A stretch of DNA of 64,000 bases from Auanema rhodensis (GCA_964057225.1 OZ059895.1:9548001-9612000), one strand, 5' to 3'; numbered from the stretch's first letter, positions 45,001 through 55,849 are shown. Notes: generated by a model from the sequence alone, not told the origin. Translations and numbers: made by a program.

Positions 45001-47736
45001 GAAATAGTGGTAGAAATATAAAATTGTTTAAAATATGGAATAAAAAAAAATAGATGAAGTGAACTTGCTTGGAGAATATAAATCAGTTTCATGTTTCAGT
45101 TTTTGAGCATCACAATATTGAAATTTAAATGTTTTTTAATGATTAAAAATTTAAAAAATGAAATTATGAAATAGTGGTAGAAATATAAAATTGTTTAAAA
45201 TATGGAATTAAATAAAATAGATGGAGTGAAATTGCTTGGAAAATATAAATCAGTTTCATGTTTCAATTTTTGAGCATCACAATATTAAAATTTAAATGAT
45301 TTTTAATGATTAAAAATTTAAAGAATGAAATTATGAAATAATGGTAGAAATATGAAATTGTTTAAAATATGGAATTAAATAAAATAGATGGAGTGAAATT
45401 GCTTGGAAAATATAAATCAGTTTCATGTTTCAGTTTTTGAGCATCACAATATTGAAATTTAAATGTTTTTTAATGATTAAAAATTTAAAAAATGAAATTA
45501 TGAAATAGTGGTAGAAATATAAAATTGTTTAAAATATGGAATTAAATAAAATAGATGGAGTGAAATTGCTTGGAAAATATAAATCAGTTTCATGTTTCAG
45601 TTTTTGAGCATCACAATATTGAAATTTGAATGTTTTTTAATGATTAAAAATTTAAAAAATGAAATTATGAAATAGTGGTAGAAATATAAAATTGTTTAAA
45701 ATATGGAATTAAATAAAATAGATGAAGTGAACTTGCTTGGAGAATATAAATCAGTTTCATGTTTCAGTTTTTGAGCATCACAATATTGAAATTTAAATGT
45801 TTTTTAATGATTAAAAATTTAAAAAATGAAATTATGAAATAGTGGTAGAAATATAAAATTGTTTAAAATATGGAATAAAAAAAAATAGATGAAGTGAACT
45901 TGCTTGGAGAATATAAATCAGTTTCATGTTTCAGTTTTTGAGCATCACAATATTGAAATTTAAATGTTTTTTAATGATTAAAAATTTAAAAAATGAAATT
46001 ATGAAATAGTGGTAGAAATATAAAATTGTTTAAAATATGGAATTAAATAAAATAGATGGAGTGAAATTGCTTGGAAAATATAAATCAGTTTCATGTTTCA
46101 ATTTTTGAGCATCACAATATTAAAATTTAAATGATTTTTAATGATTAAAAATTTAAAGAATGAAATTATGAAATAATGGTAGAAATATGAAATTGTTTAA
46201 AATATGGAATTAAATAAAATAGATGGAGTGAAATTGCTTGGAAAATATAAATCAGTTTCATGTTTCAGTTTTTGAGCATCACAATATTGAAATTTAAATG
46301 TTTTTTAATGATTAAAAATTTAAAAAATGAAATTATGAAATAGTGGTAGAAATATAAAATTGTTTAAAATATGGAATTAAATAAAATAGATGGAGTGAAA
46401 TTGCTTGGAAAATATAAATCAGTTTCATGTTTCAGTTTTTGAGCATCACAATATTGAAATTTGAATGTTTTTTAATGATTAAAAATTTAAAAAATGAAAT
46501 TATGAAATAGTGGTAGAAATATAAAATTGTTTAAAATATGGAATTAAATAAAATAGATGAAGTGAACTTGCTTGGAGAATATAAATCAGTTTCATGTTTC
46601 AGTTTTTGAGCATCACAATATTGAAATTTAAATGTTTTTTAATGATTAAAAATTTAAAAAATGAAATTATGAAATAGTGGTAGAAATATAAAATTGTTTA
46701 AAATATGGAATTAAATAAAATAGATGGAGTGAAATTGCTTGGAAAATATAAATCAGTTTCATGTTTCAGTTTTTGAGCATCACAATATTGAAATTTGAAT
46801 GTTTTTTAATGATTAAAAATTTAAAAAATGAAATTATGAAATAGTGGTAGAAATATAAAATTGTTTAAAATATGGAATTAAATAAAATAGATGGAGTGAA
46901 ATTGCTTGGAAAAAATAAATCAGTTTCATGTTTCAGTTTTTGAGCATCACAATATTGAAATTTAAATGTTTTTTAATGATTAAAAATTTAAAAAATGAAA
47001 TTATGAAATAGTGGTAGAAATTTAAATTTGTCTAAGATATGTGATTAAATAAAATAGATGGAGTGAAATTGCTTGGAAAATATAAATCAGTTTCATGTTT
47101 CAGTTTTTGAGCATCACAATATTGAAATTTAAATGTTTTTTAATGATTAAAAATTTAAAAAATGAAATTATGAAATAGTGGTAGAAATATAAAATTGTTT
47201 AAAATATGGAATTAAATAAAATAGATGGAGTGAAATTGCTTGGAAAATATAAATCAGTTTCATGTTTCAGTTTTTGAGCATCACAATATTGAAATTTGAA
47301 TGTTTTTTAATGATTAAAAATTTAAAAAATGAAATTATGAAATAGTGGTAGAAATATAAAATTGTTTAAAATATGGAATTAAATAAAATAGATGAAGTGA
47401 ACTTGCTTGGAGAATATAAATCAGTTTCATGTTTCAGTTTTTGAGCATCACAATATTGAAATTTAAATGTTTTTTAATGATTAAAAATTTAAAAAATGAA
47501 ATTATGAAATAGTGGTAGAAATATAAAATTGTTTAAAATATGGAATTAAATAAAATAGATGGAGTGAAATTGCTTGGAAAATATAAATCAGTTTTATGTT
47601 TCAGTTTTTGAGCATCACAATATTGAAATTTGAATGTTTTTTAATGATTAAAAATTTAAAAAATGAAATTATGAAATAGTGGTAGAAATATAAAATTGTT
47701 TAAAATATGGAATTAAATAAAATAGATGGAGTGAAA
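1..47736 (+). repeat. AT-rich tandem satellite array, 167-168 bp monomer, ~285 copies; continues beyond the left window edge
   Basis: AAAATATGGAATT recurs at 1, 168, 335 (period 167; 168 when the T-run is 7). No ORFs in the track. Monomers differ only by recurrent point variants. Confidence 0.99.
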
Positions 47737-48010
47737 TGGAATGAAATGGTTTAGAAAATACAAAATATTTAAATGTTTCAGTTTTTGCGCATCAAAATAT
47801 TTAAATTTAAGTGTATTTTAATGATTAAAAATTTAATAAAAAAAAGTTATAAAGTAGCGTTAGAAATTTAAAATTGTTTAAAATATGGAATTAAATAAAA
47901 GAGATGGAGTGAAATGATTTAGAAAATACAAAATATTTAAATGTGTCAGTTTTTGAGCATCAAAATATTCAAATTTAAGTTTATTTCAATGATTAAAAAT
48001 TTAATAAATG
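47737..48010 (+). repeat. Two diverged edge monomers of the satellite
   Basis: Same layout but with AAAATACAAAATATTTAAATG and CATCAAAATATT variants; these match (reverse complement) the first two monomers in copy B intron 4 at ~50940-51280. Confidence 0.9.
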
Positions 48011-48189
48011 ATTTTATGGCATGGATTTGGGATAAGATTTAATTTTATTTTTCAAAAAGCCTCCAAATGTATGATGATTTGTTTAAAAATAGCTGGCAGA
48101 ATTCAAAATTGTTCAAGATATGTAATCAAATAAAAAATATAGAAAGAAAAAAATTGTAACATGAAAAAAAAAAAGTTAAAAGCTCGTAT

Positions 48190-48605
48190 CTTTATTTGAC
48201 AAATATCGTTGAAGGATGAACCGCCTCCTAATTGTTCTCCACTAGTTGATGGCATTTCAGGATTCCATTCTCTGAAAAAAAAATTTCATGCTTTTTCATT
48301 ATACGATAGCTTACTCATTATTGCTGTCATCCAAGGTGATAACTTCAATAACCCTTGATGACGAGGGACCACTATTGGAAGTGGTTATTGCGGGGTCACA
48401 GAGCTCAAATCCACCACTCTCGGTAAGCTTTATGCGCTTACTAAAAAAAAACAAAGATGTATATTTTAAAAATATTGTTAAATTACCTGAGTTGATAAAT
48501 TTCCTCATAATCGAAACCCAACTCTTCACATACACGCTTATAACTGAAAATAAATATTTTAATTAAAAAAAAAGATAGGAAAAAACACAACCTGTTAGCA
48601 GCCAT
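48190..48605 (-). pseudogene. Maverick copy A: exons 1-4 of pPolB; intron-4 donor mutated GT>AT
   Basis: Reverse complement of 50328-50743 (coordinates sum to 98933). After exon 4 it reads AAG|atacgag versus GAG|gtacgag in copy B. Confidence 0.85.
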
Positions 48606-48835
48606 TGTATCTTGTTAGAATAAAATTATGCAAACTCTGAGAGGTAGTTATCGATATTTCCTTTTACACATTTATATTACGCTTCATTGCAAGAACAGTC
48701 AGTTGTTTTATTGTCACGTAACAATGTTGCCAACACTCAAAATTGTATCATATTACAGCTGTCAACAGTGGCAGTTGCCAATCCGTTGTTAATAAATACG
48801 CATGTATTGTTGTGGTCAGCGCACCTGTTTCAACA

Positions 48836-49807
48836 ATCTTATCGAATTAACCTTTGATATCTGTTCCATTGGAATCAACACAACTGTTTCAACAATCTTA
48901 TCGAATTAACTTTCGATATGTGTTCCATTAAGTTAGTGTATTAAAATTTTAGTAATATACACACTAAAACTATTTCTATATACACTTCTTTCCATGTAAT
49001 TTGAGAATATTAGAAGTCTTGATTCATATGGTATACAGTTATTTATTATGTTTCAATGAACAAGTGTTTTGCCATTTGGTTCAATGTAGGTCAACGTAAT
49101 TGTTTCACCAATCTTACCGAATTAATATTCGATATGTGTTCCATTAACATCTTTGATACTAAAAAGTTTGAAAATATTCGTATATACCCATGACCCCTTG
49201 GCATAGTAAGTATTCTTTAGCGTTATGGGTACTTGTTCTGTACAACTATTTATCATATTTTTATGGACACAACTTTTGCCATGTGGTACATGTGTGGATC
49301 AGCGCACCTGTTTTAACGATCTTATCGAATTAATCTTCGATATGTGTTATATTGGAAACAACACAATTGTTTGTGAATCCTATCGAATTAACCTTCGATA
49401 TGTGTTTTATTGAGTTAGTATATTAGAATATACTAATATAAAATTTAAAACAATTTCTTTAAACTATTCTTTCATGTAATTTGAAAATATTAGGCAACTT
49501 GGTACATGTGGTGTACAGCTATTTATCATATTTTAATGAACAAAACGTTTGCCATGTGGTTCTTGTGTGGGTCAGCGCAACTGTTTTAACGATCTTATCG
49601 AATTAACCTTCGATATGTGTTCCATTAACTTTTGTATTTCACATCGTTCTTATCAAATTAACCTTCGATATGTGTTTCATTAACTTTTGTATTTCATATC
49701 GTTCTTATCGAAATAAACACAAACTATAAACAATGTAAACAAATAAAATTAAAAAATAAATATATAAAATATATCTTATCGAATTAACCTTCGATATGAG
49801 TTCCATT
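48836..49807 (+). repeat. Cluster of ~8 copies (plus 1 partial) of a ~34 bp motif ATCTTATCGAATTAACCTTCGATATGTGTTCCATT with internal palindrome TATCGAA-N6-TTCGATA
   Basis: Copies start near 48836, 48895, 49111, 49319, 49377, 49592, 49647 and 49773 (partial at 49703). They lie in a diverged duplication with ~480 bp offset. Confidence 0.9.
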
Positions 49808-49844
49808 GATTAACCCATAAGAGGTACGGTGAACATAATAATTA

Positions 49845-50165
49845 GCTTTTATATATATATTCAATTTTTATAAATTAAAACAAAAACAATATATATTAAA
49901 AAGTTTATTCAAATGTATAATATTGAAAATACATAAAAAAAAATTAATTTTAATAATATTTTAAAAATATATAAAATACATTCAAAAAGTAATAATTAAA
50001 TTATAATATTTAAAACATATATAAATATTAAAATACATTTAAAAAGAAATAATTTTAAAAATATTTACAAATACAATTAACAAATATATAAATAATAAAA
50101 ATTCATTTTGAAAATATTAAAAAAAATAATTTTAAAAATGATTTAAAAAAAAATATTATGCATTT
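49845..50165. repeat. Extremely AT-rich low-complexity tract with degenerate AAAATACATT units
   Basis: Almost no G/C; recurring AAATACATT/AATAATTTTAAAA segments. Confidence 0.7.
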
Positions 50166-50939
50166 TGATCCATGCTGTAATATGATACAATTTTGAGTGT
50201 TGGCAACATTGTTACGTGACAATAAAACAACTGACTGTTCTTGCAATGAAGCGTAATATAAATGTGTAAAAGGAAATATCGATAACTACCTCTCAGAGTT
50301 TGCATAATTTTATTCTAACAAGATACAATGGCTGCTAACAGGTTGTGTTTTTTCCTATCTTTTTTTTTAATTAAAATATTTATTTTCAGTTATAAGCGTG
50401 TATGTGAAGAGTTGGGTTTCGATTATGAGGAAATTTATCAACTCAGGTAATTTAACAATATTTTTAAAATATACATCTTTGTTTTTTTTTAGTAAGCGCA
50501 TAAAGCTTACCGAGAGTGGTGGATTTGAGCTCTGTGACCCCGCAATAACCACTTCCAATAGTGGTCCCTCGTCATCAAGGGTTATTGAAGTTATCACCTT
50601 GGATGACAGCAATAATGAGTAAGCTATCGTATAATGAAAAAGCATGAAATTTTTTTTTCAGAGAATGGAATCCTGAAATGCCATCAACTAGTGGAGAACA
50701 ATTAGGAGGCGGTTCATCCTTCAACGATATTTGTCAAATAGAGGTACGAGCTTTTCCTTTTTTTTTCATGTTACAATTCTTCTCACTCTATATCTTTTAT
50801 TTGAATACATGTCTTGAACAGTTTTGAATTTTACCAGTTATTTTTAAACAAAACATCATACATTTGGAGGCTTTTTGAAAAATAAATGTTAAAGTAATGA
50901 ATAAAATTGAATCTTATCACAAATCCATAGCATAATATC

Positions 50940-51610
50940 ATTTATTGAATTTTTAATCATTGAAATACATTCAAATTTAAATATTTTGATGTTTAAAAAC
51001 TGAAACATTTAAATGTTTTATATTTTCTAAACCATTTCACTCCATCTCTTTTATTTAATCCCTATGTTTAAACAATTTTAAATTTCTATCACTACTTTAT
51101 AATTTTCATTTATTGAATATTTAATCATTAAAATACATTTAAATTTAAATATTTTGATGTTCAAAAACTGAAACATTTAAATGTTTTATATTTTCTAGCC
51201 CATTTCACTCCATCTCTTTTATTTAATCCCATATCTTGAACAATTTTTAATTTCTACCACGATTTCATAAATTTCGTTTATTAAATTTTTAATCATTAAA
51301 AAAAAACATTTAAATTTCAATATTGTGATGCTCAAAAACTGAAACATGACATTGATTTATATTTTCTGAGCCATTTCACTTCATCTCTTTTATTTAATCA
51401 CATATCTTGAACAATTTTTAATTTCTATCACTTTTTTATAATTTCGTTTATTAAATTTTTAATCATTAAAAAAAAACATTTAAATTTCAATATTGTGATG
51501 CTCAAAAACAGAAACATTTCACTCCAGCTCTTTTATTTAATCCCATATTTTAAACAATTTTATATTTCCACCATTATTTAATTTTTATTTATTAAATTTT
51601 TGAACATTAA
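50940..51610 (-). repeat. ~4 diverged satellite monomers (reverse orientation) inside pPolB intron 4 (50744-51693)
   Basis: TTAATCATT at 50953, 51121, 51289 and 51459 (spacing 168-170). AATATTGTGATGCTCAAAAACTGAAACATG is the reverse complement of the array monomer. Confidence 0.93.
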
Positions 51611-53663
51611 AAAAAAACTAAAACTATTTTCATTTAAACTTTAAAAAAAAATAAAAAAAGCATGTAAACTGTTATAAATGTTGTTTATTATAGTGGTCAC
51701 ACCGGCGCATAAAACGCTCCGGTCGTTTTCCCAACGTGGTCGTTCGATCGCTCACGTTCCCACACTTGGAAACTATTGATGAACCATTGCATGTTATCAT
51801 ACCGCGGTTATTCAACGAATTCCTTGATCGTTGTCTTGCTGAAAGCGGTGTGCCTGATAAGCAAAAAGCCATATCTTGTTTATCAATTGAGCACCCTTCA
51901 TTTGAAAATGGCTCCATATTTATGGACTTTCGTAAAGGGGAGCATCTGGATATCGTAGCCATTATGAATGCCATCAGCAAGGTGCAGCAATCAAAACGAG
52001 AGGCTGTAATCAGCCAGGCAATGAATATTGAGATGTATAAGTTTGATGAAAGGCCAGCGCAACCAAATCTGCTGCCTGGTGAAGGTAGAGTCGGGTTTTA
52101 TTTTGACCCCGAACACAAAATACCTGGAACCATTGCCAACACTGACTCACATTGTCTGGCTAGATCCGCAGTTGTGGGAATGTGGAAAGCTGACGAACTG
52201 GCCACTGAAGATGGCGATGAGAAACGAAGGCTGCAAAACCTTCGTCGCAATTACATCTTATTGCCAAACCAGCCACACCATATCAATTTATTAACTAGGT
52301 GTGGCATTTCCGAAAAATTGCCAAATTATAATTTGATTCATTTAAACATTATTGCCAGCTGTAGTATAAACTATAAGTTTGTAGTATATGCTAGTCCGCC
52401 TGGACAACGTATGTACACTATCCAGAAAATATTTAATGAAGCGGCTAGCAAATTGGTAACACTAGGTTACCGTAATAACCACTATGATTGTATTACAGAT
52501 GGTAGTCGTTCAAAAATTTTTGACGGTATTATATGTCAACACTGTAAGTTATCTTACAATACAGTGTTGCATAGATGTAAAGCCAAATGTAAAAAATGCC
52601 ACACCTATAATTGTAATGCGATGAAGAATGTGGTTGAGAGTAGCGTGAGGTGTGCAAGGTGATAATGAATGGTCTGTAACAGATCGTTTTCTTGATTGGT
52701 TGCTCAACTTTTCTGAGAATGATAATGCAATTTTGATTGCGCATAATGGCCCCCGCTTTGACATACATTTTTTGGTGTCTAGGCTTATACATCGTGCAAT
52801 ATATCCTGACCCCATTTTAAATGGGACCTAGATTATTAGCATGCTTGTTAAGCCTTTAAGAGGTCAAAATATTAATCATTTATATTTTGAAGATAGTTAT
52901 TTATTAGTGCCTTTACCCTTATCAGCGTTATTCAAAGCATTTGGTGTACCTGATATGATTAAAGGACAGTTTACCTCTTTAACCATCCAATAAATTATGG
53001 CAAAGTGCTACCATTCCTGCCACCAAAACATTACTATTGTACTGCTAGAATGAAAGCCGAAGACCTTGCTTCATTCAATGTTTGGTATGAGGAGCGTAAT
53101 CAAAGCGCATTTTATTTTGATGAGGAGCTACTGGAATATTGTTGGACAGTTCGTATTTTAACCAACTGTATGAAAGTATACATGAAGTTGGCTACCGCCA
53201 CCACTGGCTGGAATCCTGTCATACAATGCATGACATTTGCCAGTTTTTCTTTATTCCAGGCAAGTTTTCAAAAATGCAAGCATTGTTTAAAACAAATGTG
53301 TTTTAGTTGAAGATGAACCACTTTAAAAAAAATCAAGTGAGTATTCTGCCTGAGACTGGTTATTATGCCGGCCAGAAGCAGAGTATAATTGCCATAAAAT
53401 ACATAAAATGGCTAGAACAAGGATTAGGCCGCCCATTAATGCATAAGCTTAATGATGGTGAATTTGTTGTGAGAGTAGATGGCCAACGCTATCTACTTGA
53501 TGCTTATGACAGTGTGGCTATTCACGGCTATGAGGTGAGTAATTTGTAAAAAATGTAAAAAATGAAAATTTTTGTAGTTTAATGGCTGTATTTATCATGG
53601 TTGCCCCAAGTGCACCAACACTGCTATTGCACCAGGCAGAAATGGTGAAACAATGAAAGATGT

Positions 53664-53860
53664 AACCAATAAAATATCAAAAGAATATTGAAAAAATTTA
53701 AAAAATATATAAAAATACATTTAAAAAGAAATAATTTTTCCGAAAACGCGGAAAAAATGATTTTGACAGCTGACGCCCCCAAAAGTATGATTTTAGCAGC
53801 TGACGCCTTCAAAAGTATGTTTTTAGCAACTGTTTGGGGGCGTGGTTAGTAAATTTGGCA
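53664..53860. other. Non-coding filler replacing the middle of pPolB; contains ~2.5 copies of a 30-bp repeat and a GC box
   Basis: ATGATTTTGACAGCTGACGCCCCCAAAAGT-like units from 53757. TTTGGGGGCGT is the inverse of ACGCCCCCAAA. 53712-53738 is identical to 50030-50056. Confidence 0.7.
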
Positions 53861-54857
53861 CTCACTTTATCCATATGTAACGGCATTTGATGCCTATTAC
53901 CCTGTAGGTAATCCTAAAGTGATTACTGAGAGCTTTGAGAGTTTTGAGGCATGCTGCCCATACAAGGGCCTTGTGAATCGTGATGTGCTTGCACCCACAA
54001 ATTTGTTGTATCCTGTATTAGGAACGCGCATAAGCGGTAAATTAATTTTTACAAACTGCCGCACATGTGCAAACAGAGGTAAAAATGTAACATGCCCGCA
54101 CCAAGATGATGAAGTTGCTCGAAAGCTGCATTTGACTGTAACGCATGTAGAGCTCGAATGTGCCATACAGCGTGGCTACAAAGTGCTTCATGTTTATGAG
54201 GTGTGGCACTGGGATGAATGGCAAGAAGGCCTATTCAAGGATTTTGTACAAAAGTACAAAAAAATTAAGCAAGAGGCATCGGGCTGGCCTAAGCCAAATA
54301 TGACAGAGGCTGAAAAGGTATGTTTCATGAAAAGTATGGCATTAAATAACATTTTACAGCTAAAATATCTCCAAGAGCACGAGGAGAACACTGGTGTTGC
54401 TCTGGAGAGCAACAAAATTGAAAAGAATGCGGCCATGCGTAGCATTGCCAAACTACAGCTGAATAGGTATGTAAACTTTTAAAAATAAAAATTTACAAAT
54501 TTGCTTATAGTGTATGGGGTAAAATAGGTCAAAGACCAGATAAAGCCCAAAACAAGATTATTTGTGTTGAGGATCCTGAAATTGGTAAGATCATAAGTGC
54601 AAGGGAACAAAATGTAACAAACAAAACAAATGTAGCCATAGCGGCCTTTATAACCGCTCATGCAAGGCTACTATTGTATAAGGCAATGGAAAAAATTGGA
54701 AAGAACTTGGTGTATACAGGTAATTTTATACTTTGTATACAATTTAGACGCACATCATTTAGACACCGATTCTCTAACTTATGTAAAACGTCTGGATCAG
54801 CCTGATCCAATTGAGGATATGAAGGGTAAATGGTTAGGTAAACTAAGCTCAATACTA

Positions 54858-55365
54858 ATTAACAATAGCATATAAACCTTGTTGACCAAATTCCAATTTC
54901 AGGGCCACATCACCTTGTCGTATAACATCAAATAACTCTGACGAATGCACAGTAGGAGAAAAATCAAATACAAAAAATGTGAAACCAGCTTTATACATTG
55001 CTGGTGTAATACCATTGGATGAATCTGTACAACCAAGTCCCAAACCTTCCAACATGTCAATATATGCTGTGGCATAGGAAGAACGCCATTCTAAATTATG
55101 AGGGCGGGTAGGTATTACTCGATTGTTGAGCGTCAAGTATATATTTTCCAATTCAAACGGTTTAAAGTTGGATGGCGAATGTTTAAAAATACCATTATAA
55201 GCGTGTGCGCCCACAAGACCTACCACAACACGTTTCGGTGTATGCGACGTGAATAATATGTTATTGGGTGAATCCAAACGGCCTCCTTCTATAAAATAAG
55301 AGCGCATTTTCACTGATGTCATGGGATAGTGTATTCGTTCCTTTACAAGTTTATCTTCTATAGCC
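54858..55365 (-). pseudogene. Major capsid protein (PY-type double jelly-roll), C-terminal fragment
   Basis: Translation nearly identical to 62214-62735 (PKRVVVGLV..AYNG..PxNFKPF..GFTFFVFD); truncated at both ends. Confidence 0.9.
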
Positions 55366-55632
55366 TATCTTTTCTGTAGCTTGGGTTATAAAATGAACAA
55401 GTACATTCGTCATTATCTTGCCAAATATAAAAATGTAAAAGTTAATACTTGCAAACCACAACGCATAATTGAATACACTTGTGGTGGTTATGCAATATTG
55501 GTAATACTAATGTTGTCAGCTGGTAATACATTTGAAAGCATTTCTTCATTTTTTAAACTATTACAAAACGATGATGTCTTTATTAAAGCGTTTATGCATA
55601 AAGTATTCGACTATATATTATCAAGCATATGA
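55364..55632 (+). pseudogene. Adenain-family cysteine protease, 5'-truncated
   Basis: YLFCSLG..KPQRIIEYTCGGY..NDD matches the C-terminal half of 60549-61004; the catalytic His region is deleted. Confidence 0.88.
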
Positions 55633-55678
55633 TCAACTTCGCCATTAAAACGTCACCTGCTACATTAGGTGGTCAGTT

Positions 55679-55849
55679 ATGAATATTCCCTGTCACTGTG
55701 AATTATGTATAAGATACACGTTGGAACAAGCTGTACCAACACCCCTGTACAAAAAGATTTTGAAACGTATTTCAGTGCCATTCATTAAAGGAATATCTCT
55801 GGGACTAGGCTTTTGTACAACACTAGTCATTATTCCACTCATTATATAA
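55679..55849 (+). CDS. 56-aa microprotein: N-terminal CxCxxC, C-terminal hydrophobic helix
   Basis: MNIPCHCELC...FIKGISLGLGFCTTLVIIPLII*; same start, length and stop as 60511-60341. Confidence 0.7.
   Translation: MNIPCHCELCIRYTLEQAVPTPLYKKILKRISVPFIKGISLGLGFCTTLVIIPLII

Larger units (their letters stand above)
48193..50740. repeat. Long inverted repeat: arms 48193-48759 and 50174-50740 (567 bp, apparently identical) around a 1.4 kb spacer; diverged homology extends outward
   Basis: Identical mirrored ORFs in the track (48288-48566/50367-50645; 48311-48535/50398-50622). The three 9-nt homopolymers checked have equal length in both arms. Confidence 0.95.
50328..54853 (+). pseudogene. Protein-primed family B DNA polymerase (pPolB), multi-exon, disrupted
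   Basis: Exons 50328-50341, 50390-50446, 50493-50618, 50662-50743 and 51694 onward splice in frame. Motifs: NTDSHC..HY (vOTU-like), AHNGPRFD (ExoII), ELLEYC (ExoIII), EFNGCIYHGCPKC (Vsr-like), SLYP, KLQLN|SVWGK, YT|DTDS. Further introns at 53260-53306, 53535-53577, 54318-54359, ~54467-54510 and 54720-54762. Lesions: deletion ~52660, TAG 52829, frameshift ~52972, replacement 53664-53860, 3' truncation. Confidence 0.95.

Noticed and set aside
1-47736. Centromeric function of the satellite based on nucleosome-sized monomer
   Set aside because: Monomer length alone is not evidence, and nematodes are generally holocentric; CENP-A mapping would be needed.
48836-49807. CRISPR array (palindromic ~34-bp repeats)
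   Set aside because: Spacers are irregular (~20-180 bp) and homologous to each other, there are no cas genes, and the context is eukaryotic.
48288-50645. 92-aa, 74-aa and 62-aa ORFs of the track as independent genes
   Set aside because: The 74-aa ORFs are unspliced read-through around pPolB exon 3, the 92-aa ORFs are antisense shadows, and the 62-aa ORF lies in the repeat cluster.
48193-50740. Inverted arms as terminal inverted repeats of a small transposon
   Set aside because: The arms are pPolB upstream sequence and exons, and homology continues outward; no target-site duplication or terminal motif seen.
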